Part shown: positions 8,985-18,531 of the stretch, in pieces
Layout of the letters: each line of letters opens with the position of its first letter
Numbering within the stretch: position 1 is the first letter of the stretch
Source of the DNA: Betaproteobacteria bacterium
Lineage (GTDB): Bacteria > Pseudomonadota > Gammaproteobacteria > Burkholderiales > Rhodocyclaceae
Assembly: GCA_016208415.1 (NCBI GenBank)
Contig: JACQYB010000038.1
Location: forward strand, 22,730 to 86,729
DNA length: 64,000 nucleotides
Direction of reading: 5' to 3'
The notes under the pieces: generated by a model
What the model was told of the DNA's origin: nothing
What the model saw: the letters and a program-made list of their open reading frames with translations, nothing else
Databases searched by the model: none
Made by a program: the position numbers and the translations under genes

Positions 8985-9650
8985 TCATTCCACGGCAATG
9001 CGTAGCCCCGTTGCCGCGGCCCAGGGGCAGAAGGCTGCCGCCGCAAGCAGGTACGCGCCCATCAGCAACAGATTGGCTTCGGCACCGGGGTTGCCCCACC
9101 CGCTCACCGCTCCGGCGCCAAAAATCAGCACCGGCGCACATAGCGGGAGCACCAGCAGGCCCAGCAGCAGGCCGCCGCCACGGGTGCCCAGGGTCAGCGC
9201 CGCGCCCACCGCACCCAGCAGGCTGAGGCTCGGCGTGCCGAGGGCCAAGGATAGGCAGAGCACCCCCAGGGCACTTTGTTCAAGATCAAACTGCAGGCCG
9301 AGAACCGCGGCCACGGGAAGCAGCGGCGCCCCGGTGGTCAGCCAGTGGGCCGCCACCTTGCCCAGCACCAGCAACGTCGGCGGTTGGGGAGACAGCAGCA
9401 ACTGCTCCAGGGTTCCGTCGGCGTGGTCCGCGGCAAACATGCGGTGCAGCGAGAGCAGGCTGGCGAGCAGGGCACACACCCACAACACGCCCGCGGCCAC
9501 GGCGTGCAGCAGTTGCGGTTCGGCACCGATGCCCAGGGGAAATAGTGTGACGACCACCACGTAGAAGGCCAGCGTCGTGAGCACGTCGGCGCGCCGCCGC
9601 CAGGCGAGCAGCAGGTCTCGGCGTACCAGGCGAACGAAAAAGTCTAGCAC
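8985..9650 (-). CDS. ccmB: heme exporter protein CcmB
   Basis: C-terminal 221 aa of ORF 8985..10379. The GTG at 9650 (VLDFFVRLVRRDLLLAWRRRADVLTTLAFYVVVVTLFPLG) overlaps the ccmA stop. Contains DGTLEQLLLSP. Confidence 0.9.
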   Translation of the reverse strand: MLDFFVRLVRRDLLLAWRRRADVLTTLAFYVVVVTLFPLGIGAEPQLLHAVAAGVLWVCALLASLLSLHRMFAADHADGTLEQLLLSPQPPTLLVLGKVAAHWLTTGAPLLPVAAVLGLQFDLEQSALGVLCLSLALGTPSLSLLGAVGAALTLGTRGGGLLLGLLVLPLCAPVLIFGAGAVSGWGNPGAEANLLLMGAYLLAAAAFCPWAAATGLRIAVE

Positions 9651-10270
9651 GGGGTGGGCCCCAGGTTCAGGGCGTGCAGGCGTGGCGGCGTGAAGGGCAG
9701 CGGCAGGTGGGTGGTCATCATCAGCATGCCGCCGCGGTGCAGGTGTTCCTGGAAGAGGCCCGCCAGTGCCGCCGAGGCGGTGGTATCCAGGGCGTTGAAG
9801 GGCTCGTCGAGAACCCATAGCGGCCGGGTGCTGAACCACAGCCGCGCCAGCACCGCGCGCCGGCGCTGTCCCTGGGAGAGGGAGCGGGCGGGCAGGTGCG
9901 CCGCGCGGCCGAGTCCGACCCGCGCCAGGGCGGCCAGGGCGCCCGCCTCGTCCACCGCTTCGCCGGCCAGGCCGCAGCTCACCTGCAGGTTCTCCAGTGC
10001 CGTGAGTTCCTCCTTGAGCGCCATGGCATGGCCGAAGTAGAACAGGGCCGAGTGGAACTCGTCGCGGCGGCTGCGGGCGGCCCCGCCCTGCCAGCGGATC
10101 TCGCCGGCCTCGGGCGCCAGCAGGCCGCAGACGATGCGCAGCAGCGAGGTCTTGCCGCAGCCGTTGGGTCCGCGCACCTCCAGCAGTTCGCCCGGGGCGA
10201 GGGCGAAGTCCAGCCCGGCGAACAGTTGCCGGTCGCCGCGGACGCAGGTGATGCGGGACGCTTCGAGCAT
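9644..10270 (-). CDS. ccmA: cytochrome c biogenesis heme-transporting ATPase CcmA
   Basis: 208 aa with Walker A GPNGCGKTSLLR, signature LSQGQRRR and Walker B LWVLDEP. Confidence 0.95.
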   Translation of the reverse strand: MLEASRITCVRGDRQLFAGLDFALAPGELLEVRGPNGCGKTSLLRIVCGLLAPEAGEIRWQGGAARSRRDEFHSALFYFGHAMALKEELTALENLQVSCGLAGEAVDEAGALAALARVGLGRAAHLPARSLSQGQRRRAVLARLWFSTRPLWVLDEPFNALDTTASAALAGLFQEHLHRGGMLMMTTHLPLPFTPPRLHALNLGPTPC

Positions 10271-10308
10271 GGGGGTCGGGGAGAAAAATTCGCGCGATTG
10301 TAAACTGC

Positions 10309-10371
10309 CCGGCGCGGGAGGGAAGCGATATTCGCGCCCACTTGGCGGATATCGCTTCCCTCCCGCGCCGG
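10309..10371. repeat. perfect 23-bp inverted repeat (stable hairpin) between napB and ccmA
   Basis: CCGGCGCGGGAGGGAAGCGATAT (10309..10331) and ATATCGCTTCCCTCCCGCGCCGG (10349..10371), separated by a 17-nt loop. No adjacent U-tract on the transcribed (minus) strand. Confidence 0.85.
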
Positions 10372-10491
10372 AACCGCACCCCGGGAAGGGGCGGTCTGCC
10401 CGCGACGGGGCGGGAAGGGCCGACGCGCCGGACCGGCGCGATCAGCCGTGAAGCGCCATGCGGGCTTCAGGCTGTCGCCGGCCGGGGCGCG

Positions 10492-10956
10492 TCATTTCTT
10501 GACCGGCAGTTCCACCGACTTGAAGGTGTTCTCGACCAGCGGCGGTGCATCCACCTGCGGCGCGTGGCACATCACGCAGGCGTGACGGCTGGCCGAGGAC
10601 GCTGCCTGTTGCTTGCCTTCGCGGTCCTTGAAGTGGCTGTCGCCAAGCTTGGGCGCGTTCTTTTCCTTGTACTTGTCCGGCCCGTGGCAGGACAGGCACT
10701 GGTTTTCCTGCAGGCTGATCTCGTCGAAGTTCGCCACGGCGTGCGGGATGAGGGGCGGCTGCGTCGGGAAGGTGCGGGCGATGTTCTTCTGCAGCCCCGG
10801 CTTTTTGCCCACGTAGTCCGGCATCGCTTGCGGAGCCTTGTCGCTGGCGGCCACATCCGCGCCGCGCATGGACGATACGCCTCCGAGCTGCGAGGCACAG
10901 GAAACCGACAAGGCTGCAAACAGCGCCGCGGCAACTAACGTCATCGATGTTTTCAT
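10492..10956 (-). CDS. napB: periplasmic nitrate reductase diheme cytochrome c subunit NapB
   Basis: 154 aa with a signal peptide and two CxxCH motifs (CLSCH, CVMCH). Contains PPLIPH. Lies in a nap context. Confidence 0.9.
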   Translation of the reverse strand: MKTSMTLVAAALFAALSVSCASQLGGVSSMRGADVAASDKAPQAMPDYVGKKPGLQKNIARTFPTQPPLIPHAVANFDEISLQENQCLSCHGPDKYKEKNAPKLGDSHFKDREGKQQAASSASRHACVMCHAPQVDAPPLVENTFKSVELPVKK

Positions 10957-10978
10957 GGCGATCCCTCTCCTCTCAAAA

Positions 10979-11878
10979 TTACAGTCCTTTGGCCACAGCA
11001 GCGCTCAGGGCGAGCGGCTCGGTCCGGTTGGCAAAGCGCGTGCCAAAGACGAAGACGTCCTTGGAGCACACGTCGATACAGCGTCCACAGTTGGTGCAAT
11101 TTGCGGCAAGAATGACCGGTCCCGCGCCGCCCACTGCCTTGAGCGCCGGGCGGATCACCTGCGGCTCGGGGCAGACGGCGAAGCAGTCCATGCAGTCGTT
11201 GCAGGCTTCGCGCTTCGGTGCGGCCACCCGCGTCAGGCCGAAGCGGCCGATGAGGCTGTAGAAGGCGCCCGTCGGGCACAGGTGGCCGCACCAGCCGTCG
11301 TTCACCACCAGCAGGTCAAGCAGAAAGATCAGGGCGATCACCAGCGACCCCGCCCCAATGCCGAAGATCAGGCCGCGGTGCAACATGGACACGGGATTGG
11401 CCATCTCCCACGCGATGGTGCCGGTGACCAGGGCCAGCACCAGCGTCATGCCCAGGATCCAGTAGCGCGCGCTGCGGGAGACGTGCATCCCGCCTTTGAT
11501 CCCTAGTCGCGTCCGCAGCCAGGCGGCGGCATCCGTCACCATGTTGAGCGGGCACACCCAGGAGCAGTACGTGCGCCCGCCTACCAAAAGGTAGAACACC
11601 ACCACGATGGCCATCCCGATGATGGCCAGCTTTTCGGGCAGGTGGCGTGCCAGCAGCGTCTGCAGCAGCACGTAGGGATCGGCCAGGGGCAGCACATTCA
11701 GCGTGTAGCTATAGTTGAGGTTGCCCTTGACGATCCACACGCCGAACCACGGCCCGATCAGAAACAGTGTCAGGATCGTGATCTGGGAGATGCGGCGCAG
11801 GATCAGCCACTTGTGGGCGCCCCTCCAACCCTTGGCGGCAACGGCGTCGGCGCCAATCTTCTTCGGGGCGGCGTTCAT
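10979..11878 (-). CDS. napH: quinol dehydrogenase ferredoxin subunit NapH
   Basis: C-terminal 299 aa of ORF 10979..13249, starting [20 protein letters not shown]. The ATG overlaps the napG stop (ATGA). It has 4 TM helices plus the Cys clusters [23 protein letters not shown] and [11 protein letters not shown]. Confidence 0.9.
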   Translation of the reverse strand: MNAAPKKIGADAVAAKGWRGAHKWLILRRISQITILTLFLIGPWFGVWIVKGNLNYSYTLNVLPLADPYVLLQTLLARHLPEKLAIIGMAIVVVFYLLVGGRTYCSWVCPLNMVTDAAAWLRTRLGIKGGMHVSRSARYWILGMTLVLALVTGTIAWEMANPVSMLHRGLIFGIGAGSLVIALIFLLDLLVVNDGWCGHLCPTGAFYSLIGRFGLTRVAAPKREACNDCMDCFAVCPEPQVIRPALKAVGGAGPVILAANCTNCGRCIDVCSKDVFVFGTRFANRTEPLALSAAVAKGL

Positions 11879-12777
11879 AGCTTGCCTCCCTGAAGGGCAC
11901 GCGGCACGGCCGGCGGCGCCTGTGGAACGGATGGCACCGGCGCACCGCCGGGCGCGGGCGGGACGCCATTGCCCTCGGGTACCAAGCCCCGGCCGCCATA
12001 CTCGTAACGGTAGCCCTCCGGCAGGTTGTACTGATGCTCGACATCCGGCGCCACCAGGCTGCCGCCTGCCTTTTCCTTCTCCACCCAGCCGATCTGGTAG
12101 TGCTCGTTTGCCTCGCCCTTGGCCAGGGCCGCGGGAAACACCTTGATGGCAGCCACCTTGAGCGGGCAGGCCTTCTCGCACTTGCCGCAGCCGGTGCACG
12201 CATCCGAGTGCACCACCGGAATGAACCGGGTGTGCTTGCCGGTGCGCTCGTTGTGCTGCGGGTCCAGGGTGATGGCCTTGTCGATGACCGGGCAGACCCG
12301 GTAGCAGATGTCGCAGCGCAGGCCGAGGAAATTGAGACAGGTTTCCTGGTCCACCAGCACCGCCAGCCCCATTCTGGACTTGCCGATGTCGGTGAGGCTG
12401 TGGTCCAGCGCCCCCGTGGGGCAGGCCTTGACGCAGGGAATGTCGTCGCACATCTCGCACGGAAGCTGGCGCGCCACGAAATAGGGCGTGCCGGTGGTGA
12501 TGGGCTCCTCCGGCTTGGCGAGATTCAGGATGTCGTAGGGGCAGTCGCGCACGCACATGCCGCAGCGGATGCATGCGCCCTGGAAGTCCTTTTCCGCCAG
12601 TGCGCCGGGGGGACGGATGGCCACCGGCGGCAGGGCGGAGGCATGACGCGCGTAAAGGCCGACGCCCAGGCCCAGCAGCCCCACGCCGCAGGCCATGCGG
12701 GCCGCGTCGTGGAGAAACTGTCGCCTTGCCGTCGGCGAGGCACGCCCCGCCTTCGAAGTGGAACTCATGATGATCAC
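11875..12777 (-). CDS. napG: ferredoxin-type protein NapG
   Basis: 300 aa with a Tat signal ([12 protein letters not shown]) and four 4Fe-4S motifs: [47 protein letters not shown]. Confidence 0.9.
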   Translation of the reverse strand: MIIMSSTSKAGRASPTARRQFLHDAARMACGVGLLGLGVGLYARHASALPPVAIRPPGALAEKDFQGACIRCGMCVRDCPYDILNLAKPEEPITTGTPYFVARQLPCEMCDDIPCVKACPTGALDHSLTDIGKSRMGLAVLVDQETCLNFLGLRCDICYRVCPVIDKAITLDPQHNERTGKHTRFIPVVHSDACTGCGKCEKACPLKVAAIKVFPAALAKGEANEHYQIGWVEKEKAGGSLVAPDVEHQYNLPEGYRYEYGGRGLVPEGNGVPPAPGGAPVPSVPQAPPAVPRALQGGKL

Positions 12778-12909
12778 TCACTGGCAGGCGTTCCGTCCCC
12801 GAATGACGCCCACCACAACTCCCCGAGTCTGGCAATGCACTCTTGTGAGGGTGCTCGGTCCCGAAGCCCGGCGGACGGGCGCGCCTTTCCGCGCACCCGT
12901 CGCGCAGGC

Positions 12910-15393
12910 TCAGACCTTCACCACCTTTGCGGCGCACTTCTTGTAGTCCGTCTCTTTCGAGAGCGGGCAGGTGGCGTCCAGCGTGAGCTTGTTCACCAGC
13001 CGGTGCTCGTCGAAGAACGGAATGAAGATCAGGCCCTCGGGCGGCTTGTTGCGGCCCTTGGTATCGACCCGCAACTGGATGTCGCCGCGCCGCGTGGCCA
13101 CCTTCACCACGTCTCCGCGTTTCAGACCGCGCTTCTCGGCGTCCTTCGGATGCATCCACACCACCGCATCCGGGAAGGCCTTGTAAAGCTCGGGCGCCCG
13201 CCGCGTCATCGAGCCGGTGTGCCAGTGTTCCAGCACGCGGCCGGTGCACAGCCAGAGGTCGTATTCCTTGTCCGGCTGCTCGGCGGCCGGCTGGTAGGGC
13301 AGCGCGAAGATCTTCGCCTTGCCGTCCGGATGGCCGTAGAAGCGCATACCCTCGCCCGCCTTCACATAGGGGTCATAACCCTCGCGGAAGCGCCACAGCG
13401 TCTCCTTGCCGCCCACCACCGGCCAGCGGAAACCGCGAGCCTTGTGATACGCGTCGAAGTCGGCCAGATCGTGCGCATGGCCGCGGCCGAAGGCTGCGTA
13501 TTCCTCGAACAGGCCCTTCTGCACGTAGTAGCCGAAATGCTCGGACTCGTCGTTGGTGTAGCCGGCCCAGGCGTGGGCGTTGACCGTGGCCGTATCCGCC
13601 TTCGGGAACTTGTTGACCACGCCGTTGGCGTAGAGCACGTCGTAGAGCGTCTTGCCCTTGTACTCGGGCATCTTCGCGAGCAAGTCGGCGGGCCAGACAT
13701 CCTCCATCTTGAAGCGCTTGGAGAACTCCATGTACTGCCACAGGTCGGACTTGCTGTCGCCCGGCGCCTTGACTTGCTGGCGCCACATCTGGCCGCGCCG
13801 CTCGGCGTTGCCGTACATGCCCTCCTTCTCCATCCACATCGCGGCGGGCAGGATCAGGTCGGCGGACATGGCCGAAACCGTCGGATAGACGTCGGAAACG
13901 ACGGTGAAGCACTTCGGATTGCGCCAGCCGGGAAGGATCTCGCCGTTGATGTTCGGGCCGGCCTGCATGTTGTTGGTGGTCGAGGTCCAGAGGAAGCCGA
14001 TCTTGCCGTCCTTGGCCATGCGGCTCTGCAGCACGGCGTGGTAGCCGATCCTCGGATCAATCGTGCCGGCCGGCAGCTTCCACATCTTTTCCGACATCTC
14101 GCGGTGCTTGGGATTCATCACCACCATGTCGGCAGGCAGGCGGTGGGCGAAGGTGCCGACCTCGCGCGCCGTGCCGCAAGCCGAGGGTTGGCCGGTCAGC
14201 GAGAACGGGCCGTTGCCCGGCTCGGAGATCTTGCCGACCAGCAGGTGCACGTTGTAGATCATGTTGTTGACCCAGCTGCCGCGCGTATGCTGGTTGAAGC
14301 CCATGGTCCAGTAGGAGGTGACCTTGGTCTTCGGATCTGCGTAGGTCTTGGCCAGCGCCTCCAGCTTGTCCTTCGGTACCCTGGAGATCTCGTGCGCCTT
14401 GTCCAGCGTGCCCTTGGGCTTGCCGTCCGGGCCGGGGTAGCCGTTGTTGCCGGCCGCCTGTTCGAGCGGATGGTTGGGCCGCAGGCCGTAGCCGATGTCG
14501 GTGACGCCCTTCAGGAAGCCGACGTGCTTGGCGACGAAGTCCTTGTTGACCGCGTTGTTCTGGATGATGTAGTTGCAGATGTAGTTGAGGATCGCCAGGT
14601 CGGACTGCGGCGTGAAGACCATCTCGTTGTCCGCCAGTTCGCTGGAACGGTGCGAGAAGGTGGTGAGCACGCTGATCTTGCAGGGCTTGTGGGTGAGGCG
14701 CCGGTCGGTGATGCGCGACCACAGGATCGGGTGCATCTCCGCCATGTTGGAACCCCACAGCACGAAGGCGTCTGCGTGCTCCGCATCGTCGTAACAGCCC
14801 ATGGGCTCGTCGATGCCGAAGGTGCGCATGAAGCCGACCACGGCGCTGGCCATGCAGTGGCGCGCGTTGGGGTCGAGGCTGTTGCTGCGGAAGCCGGCCT
14901 TCATCAGCTTGACGGCGGCATAGCCTTCCCACACCGTCCATTGGCCGGAGCCGAACATCGCCACGCCGAACGGGCCCTGGGCGGGGTTCTTGAGGGTTTC
15001 CTTGACCTTCTCCGCCATGATGTCGAAGGCCTTGTCCCAGGAGATCGGCGCGAACTCGCCGTTCTTGTCGAACTTGCCGTCCTTCATGCGCAGCAGCGGC
15101 GTGGTCAGGCGGTCCTTGCCGTACTGGATCTTGGCCAGGAAGTAGCCCTTGATGCAGTTGAGGCCGCGGTTGACCGGCGCGTCCGGGTCGCCCTGGGTGG
15201 CGACGATGCGCCCGTCCTTGGTGCCCACCAGAACGCCGCAGCCGGTTCCGCAATAGCGGCACACACCCTTGTCCCAGCGGATGCCGTCGTCCTGGGCCGC
15301 CAGCGCCTGCGCGCCGGGCAGCGTTACGCCCGCTGCCGCGGCGGCGGCCGCGGCCGCATTGGCCTTCATGAAGTCGCGCCGTGTCATGTCCAT
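12910..15393 (-). CDS. napA: periplasmic nitrate reductase catalytic subunit NapA
   Basis: 827 aa with Tat signal [20 protein letters not shown] and N-terminal 4Fe-4S motif CRYCGTGCG. The full-length molybdopterin oxidoreductase architecture is present. Confidence 0.97.
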   Translation of the reverse strand: MDMTRRDFMKANAAAAAAAAAGVTLPGAQALAAQDDGIRWDKGVCRYCGTGCGVLVGTKDGRIVATQGDPDAPVNRGLNCIKGYFLAKIQYGKDRLTTPLLRMKDGKFDKNGEFAPISWDKAFDIMAEKVKETLKNPAQGPFGVAMFGSGQWTVWEGYAAVKLMKAGFRSNSLDPNARHCMASAVVGFMRTFGIDEPMGCYDDAEHADAFVLWGSNMAEMHPILWSRITDRRLTHKPCKISVLTTFSHRSSELADNEMVFTPQSDLAILNYICNYIIQNNAVNKDFVAKHVGFLKGVTDIGYGLRPNHPLEQAAGNNGYPGPDGKPKGTLDKAHEISRVPKDKLEALAKTYADPKTKVTSYWTMGFNQHTRGSWVNNMIYNVHLLVGKISEPGNGPFSLTGQPSACGTAREVGTFAHRLPADMVVMNPKHREMSEKMWKLPAGTIDPRIGYHAVLQSRMAKDGKIGFLWTSTTNNMQAGPNINGEILPGWRNPKCFTVVSDVYPTVSAMSADLILPAAMWMEKEGMYGNAERRGQMWRQQVKAPGDSKSDLWQYMEFSKRFKMEDVWPADLLAKMPEYKGKTLYDVLYANGVVNKFPKADTATVNAHAWAGYTNDESEHFGYYVQKGLFEEYAAFGRGHAHDLADFDAYHKARGFRWPVVGGKETLWRFREGYDPYVKAGEGMRFYGHPDGKAKIFALPYQPAAEQPDKEYDLWLCTGRVLEHWHTGSMTRRAPELYKAFPDAVVWMHPKDAEKRGLKRGDVVKVATRRGDIQLRVDTKGRNKPPEGLIFIPFFDEHRLVNKLTLDATCPLSKETDYKKCAAKVVKV

Positions 15394-15411
15394 CTCTTCT
15401 CTCCTCTCAAG

Positions 15412-15654
15412 TCAAGCGTCCTGCTCCGCGTCCGAATACTGGTAGGCCAACAGCACCGACATCACGCCGTCGACCGCTTGCAGCCGGTCTATGGCCTGGG
15501 GAACCGTCTGCCCTGCCACGTCTTCCACCGTCACCACCAGCCGGCCGTCCGGGGTAGCCGCATTCAGGCTTACCCCCGGGATGCCGGCAAACCCTGCGCG
15601 TACCGCGTCCAGCCGCTCCGGAAGTGCGTGGATCACCAGACTCGCGATTTCCAT
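15412..15654 (-). CDS. napD: NapA chaperone NapD
   Basis: 80 aa (MEIASLVIHALPERLDAVRAGFAGIPGVSLNAATPDGRLVVTVE...) immediately upstream of napA. Confidence 0.85.
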   Translation of the reverse strand: MEIASLVIHALPERLDAVRAGFAGIPGVSLNAATPDGRLVVTVEDVAGQTVPQAIDRLQAVDGVMSVLLAYQYSDAEQDA

Positions 15655-15658
15655 GGAT

Positions 15659-16165
15659 TCAGCCTCTCCCCGCCGCTGCGGCCAGCATGGGCTCCCCCGG
15701 AGCCACCGCCATCGCCTGCACCGGGCATATGCCCACGCAGGCGCCGCAACCGTTGCATTCGTCCGCGCTGACCATTGGCAGCGCCACACCCCCCGGGGCC
15801 AGCCTGAAACGGATCGCCCCGGGGCCGCAGGCTTCGCCGCAACTGCGGCACACCACCCGCCGCATCGCCAGACACCCCTCACCGATCTGCGCCTTGAGGT
15901 TCCACGCCGGCAAGCCGGCCTCGCGCACCAGCGCCCCGTCCCCGCACGCTTCCACGCAACGACCGCAGAAGCTGCACTCGCCGTGCCGGAAATCCACCTT
16001 CGGGAAGCCGCCGGCGCCACGCACGAGGATGTGCTGCGGGCAGGCCGCCACACAGCGATCACAGCGGCTGCACGTCTCCTCAAATCGAACCACCGCCCAC
16101 GGAGGGCGGGGCGATGCGCTGAGGCCACCGAAGTCGCCGCGCAGCCACTGCCGGCGCGATACCAC
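15659..16165 (-). CDS. napF: ferredoxin-type protein NapF
   Basis: Part of ORF 15659..16300. A probable GTG/TTG start at 16165/16168 gives VVSRRQWLRG, a typical NapF N-terminus. It has three to four Cys clusters: CSRCDRCVAACP, CSFCGRCVEAC, CRSCGEAC, CNGCGACVGICP. The start codon is uncertain. Confidence 0.8.
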   Translation of the reverse strand: MVSRRQWLRGDFGGLSASPRPPWAVVRFEETCSRCDRCVAACPQHILVRGAGGFPKVDFRHGECSFCGRCVEACGDGALVREAGLPAWNLKAQIGEGCLAMRRVVCRSCGEACGPGAIRFRLAPGGVALPMVSADECNGCGACVGICPVQAMAVAPGEPMLAAAAGRG

Positions 16166-16228
16166 CAAGAAACCCCTATAACCCCTGTCGAATTGCGGAA
16201 ATACTCCGCTGATCGGTCTGTGGCCTCC

Positions 16229-16242
16229 TTGACCATCGTCAA
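16229..16242. promoter_or_regulatory. candidate FNR/Dnr-family (CRP/FNR) binding site upstream of napF
   Basis: TTGACcatcGTCAA, a perfect TTGAC-N4-GTCAA palindrome. Its centre lies about 70 nt upstream of the proposed napF start, in the napF/ypfJ divergent intergenic region. Confidence 0.5.
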
Positions 16243-16415
16243 GAAAGGTTTTCCGCCCGCGGTGCGAGCCGCGCTGTCCCTGGTGGCCGCCGTTTTGCAC
16301 TCCGTAACCCGGGTGGGCTCCGCACCGGGGCGATCAGGATTAACATTGCGGAAGCGAACCAACAGGGCTCTTCACGCGCGTGCGTGCCGGAGCCTGCCAA
16401 CGGCGGGGGCGACAC

Positions 16416-17288
16416 ATGAGACTGGGCGGAAATCGCGAGAGCGACAACGTGGAAGACCGGCGCGGTGCCGGTTCCGGGGGCGGCATGCCCATCGGCGGCA
16501 AGTCCATCGGCATCGGCACCATCATTCTTGCCCTGGTGGCGATGTACTTCGGCGTCGATCCGTCGCTGGTGCTCAACATGGCCGGCGGGCCGGAACAGGC
16601 CAGCGTGGCCGAGCCGGCCGGCCCGGCGCAGCGCCCGCCGGCCGACGACACCGCGGCGCAGTTCGTCTCCCGGGTGCTGGCGGACACCGAGGACACCTGG
16701 AAGGCGCTGTTCGCCCAGGGCGGCCAGCGCTACCAGGAGCCGAAGCTGGTGCTGTATTCGGGCATGACCTCCACCGCCTGCGGCATGGGCCAGGCGGCCA
16801 TGGGACCGTTCTACTGCCCGCCGGACAAGAAGGTCTACATCGACCTGGAGTTCTACCGTGATCTGCAGAGCCGCTTTCGCGCGCCCGGCGATTTCGCCCA
16901 GGCCTACGTGATCGCCCACGAGGTGGGGCACCACGTGCAGCACCTGCTGGGGATTTCCGACGACGTGGACCGGCGCCGTTCGCGCGTCTCCCGCGCCGAG
17001 GGCAACCAGCTATCCGTGCGCCTGGAACTGCAGGCCGACTGCCTGGCCGGGGTGTGGGCGCACCACGCCCAGCGCAGCCGCAACATCCTGGAATCCGGCG
17101 ACATCGAGGAAGGCCTGAACGCCGCCTCCGCCATCGGCGACGACCGCCTGCAGCGCCAGACCCAGGGCCAGGTGGTACCGGAGAGCTTCACCCACGGTTC
17201 GTCGGCGCAGCGCGTGCGCTGGTTCCGCCAGGGCATGGAGAGCGGCGACCTGCGCCAGTGCGACACCTTCAAGGCGCGGCAGTTGTAG
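16416..17288 (+). CDS. YpfJ-like neutral zinc metallopeptidase
   Basis: ORF 16380..17288 with likely start MRLGGNRESDNVEDRRG (characteristic of the family). It has one TM segment and a HEVGHH zinc motif (YVIAHEVGHHVQHLLG). Confidence 0.85.
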   Translation: MRLGGNRESDNVEDRRGAGSGGGMPIGGKSIGIGTIILALVAMYFGVDPSLVLNMAGGPEQASVAEPAGPAQRPPADDTAAQFVSRVLADTEDTWKALFAQGGQRYQEPKLVLYSGMTSTACGMGQAAMGPFYCPPDKKVYIDLEFYRDLQSRFRAPGDFAQAYVIAHEVGHHVQHLLGISDDVDRRRSRVSRAEGNQLSVRLELQADCLAGVWAHHAQRSRNILESGDIEEGLNAASAIGDDRLQRQTQGQVVPESFTHGSSAQRVRWFRQGMESGDLRQCDTFKARQL

Positions 17289-18531
17289 CGCCGGTCGGGC
17301 GCTCGAGCCAGGCCCGGGCGCCCAGCCCCGCGGCGTGGCCGCTGGCGAAGCAGGCGGTGAGCAGGTAGCCGCCGGTGGGTGCTTCCCAGTCCAGCATCTC
17401 GCCGGCGCAGAACACGCCGGGGAGGTGGCGGATCATCAGGCCCTCGTCCAGCGCCTCGAAGGCCACGCCGCCGGCGCTGCTGATGGCTTCTTCCAGGGGC
17501 CGCGGTGCGGCCAGCCGCAACGGCAGGGCCTTGATGGCGGCGGCCAGCCGGGCCGGATCGACAACATCCTCCGCCGCCAGGCATTCGCGCAGCAGGGCCG
17601 TCTTCACGCCCCTCAGTCCCAGCCGGCTCTGCAGGTGGCTGGACAGGGAACGCGAGCCCCGCGGATGCGCCACCTCCGCCTGCACCCGGGTGGCCGCCAT
17701 GTCCGGCAGCAGGTCCAGCCACAGGACCGCCTCGCCGCCGGCTTGCAGGGTGTCGCGCAGGGGCGCGGACAGGGCGTAGATCAGGCCGCCCTCCACGCCC
17801 CCGGCGGTGATGACGAATTCGCCGCGTCGGCGATGGATCTCGGCCCCGCCGTCGGTGAGTGCTGCCGCCACGTTCTTCACCGGCGCACCCGCGAAGCGTT
17901 CGCGGAAATGCCCGCTCCAGCCGCCGCCGTCACGACCCGCCACGTCGAAGCCGCAGTTGGCGGGCCGCAGCGGCGCCACCGCCACGCCCCGCGCGGCCAG
18001 CCACGGCACCCAGGCGCCGTCGGAACCCAGGCGCGGCCAACTCCCCCCGCCCAGTGCCAGCACCACGGCGTCGGCCCGCAGCGCGGTGTGCGCGCCGGGT
18101 GTGGCGAAGCGCAGGGCACCGTCCTCGCACCACCCCAGCCAGCGGTGGCGCATGTGGAAGCGCACCCCGGCGGCGCGCAGTCGGCGCAGCCAGGCGCGCA
18201 GCAGCGGGGCAGCCTTCATTTCCTTCGGAAACACCCGTCCCGAGGTCCCCACGAAGGTCTCGATCCCCAGGCCGTGGACCCACTGGCGCAGCGCCGGCGC
18301 GCCGAAGGCCTCCAGCGCCGGCTCCATCCTGGCCCGGCGCGCGCCGTAGCGCGCCAGGAAAGGCTCCCGCGACTCCGAGTGGGTGATGTTCAGCCCGCCC
18401 TTCCCGGCCATGAGGAACTTGCGCCCCGCCGAGGGCATGGCGTCGAACACCTCCACCGCGAATCCGCCCTGCGCCAGCACCTCCGCGGCCATGAGCCCGG
18501 CCGGCCCGGCGCCGATGACGGCGACGCTCAC
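17269..18531 (-). CDS. NAD(P)/FAD-dependent oxidoreductase (HI0933/BaiN-like flavoprotein)
   Basis: ORF 17269..18750. The GTG at 18531 overlaps the radical-SAM stop (GTGA). It has an N-terminal dinucleotide fold VAVIGAGPAGLMAAEVLAQGG, followed by KFLMAGKGGLNITH and GEMLDWEAPTGGYLL. Confidence 0.8.
   Translation of the reverse strand: MSVAVIGAGPAGLMAAEVLAQGGFAVEVFDAMPSAGRKFLMAGKGGLNITHSESREPFLARYGARRARMEPALEAFGAPALRQWVHGLGIETFVGTSGRVFPKEMKAAPLLRAWLRRLRAAGVRFHMRHRWLGWCEDGALRFATPGAHTALRADAVVLALGGGSWPRLGSDGAWVPWLAARGVAVAPLRPANCGFDVAGRDGGGWSGHFRERFAGAPVKNVAAALTDGGAEIHRRRGEFVITAGGVEGGLIYALSAPLRDTLQAGGEAVLWLDLLPDMAATRVQAEVAHPRGSRSLSSHLQSRLGLRGVKTALLRECLAAEDVVDPARLAAAIKALPLRLAAPRPLEEAISSAGGVAFEALDEGLMIRHLPGVFCAGEMLDWEAPTGGYLLTACFASGHAAGLGARAWLERPTGATTAAP

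Noticed and set aside
9651-10379. N-terminal 243 aa of ORF 8985..10379
   Set aside because: It overlaps ccmA out of frame. CcmB homology starts only at the GTG at 9650.
12870-12905. Imperfect hairpin between napA and napG (GACGGGCGCGC ... GCGCACCCGTC)
   Set aside because: It has one mismatch and no U-tract, and it lies inside an operon whose downstream genes are needed. It is probably just GC-rich spacer structure and is not reported as a feature.
12034-15771. 1245-aa ORF on the plus strand
   Set aside because: It is antisense to napG/napA/napD. Its composition is Arg/Gly/Ala/His-rich with low complexity and I recognised no domains. The opposite strand encodes an unmistakable NapA. This is a typical high-G+C shadow ORF.
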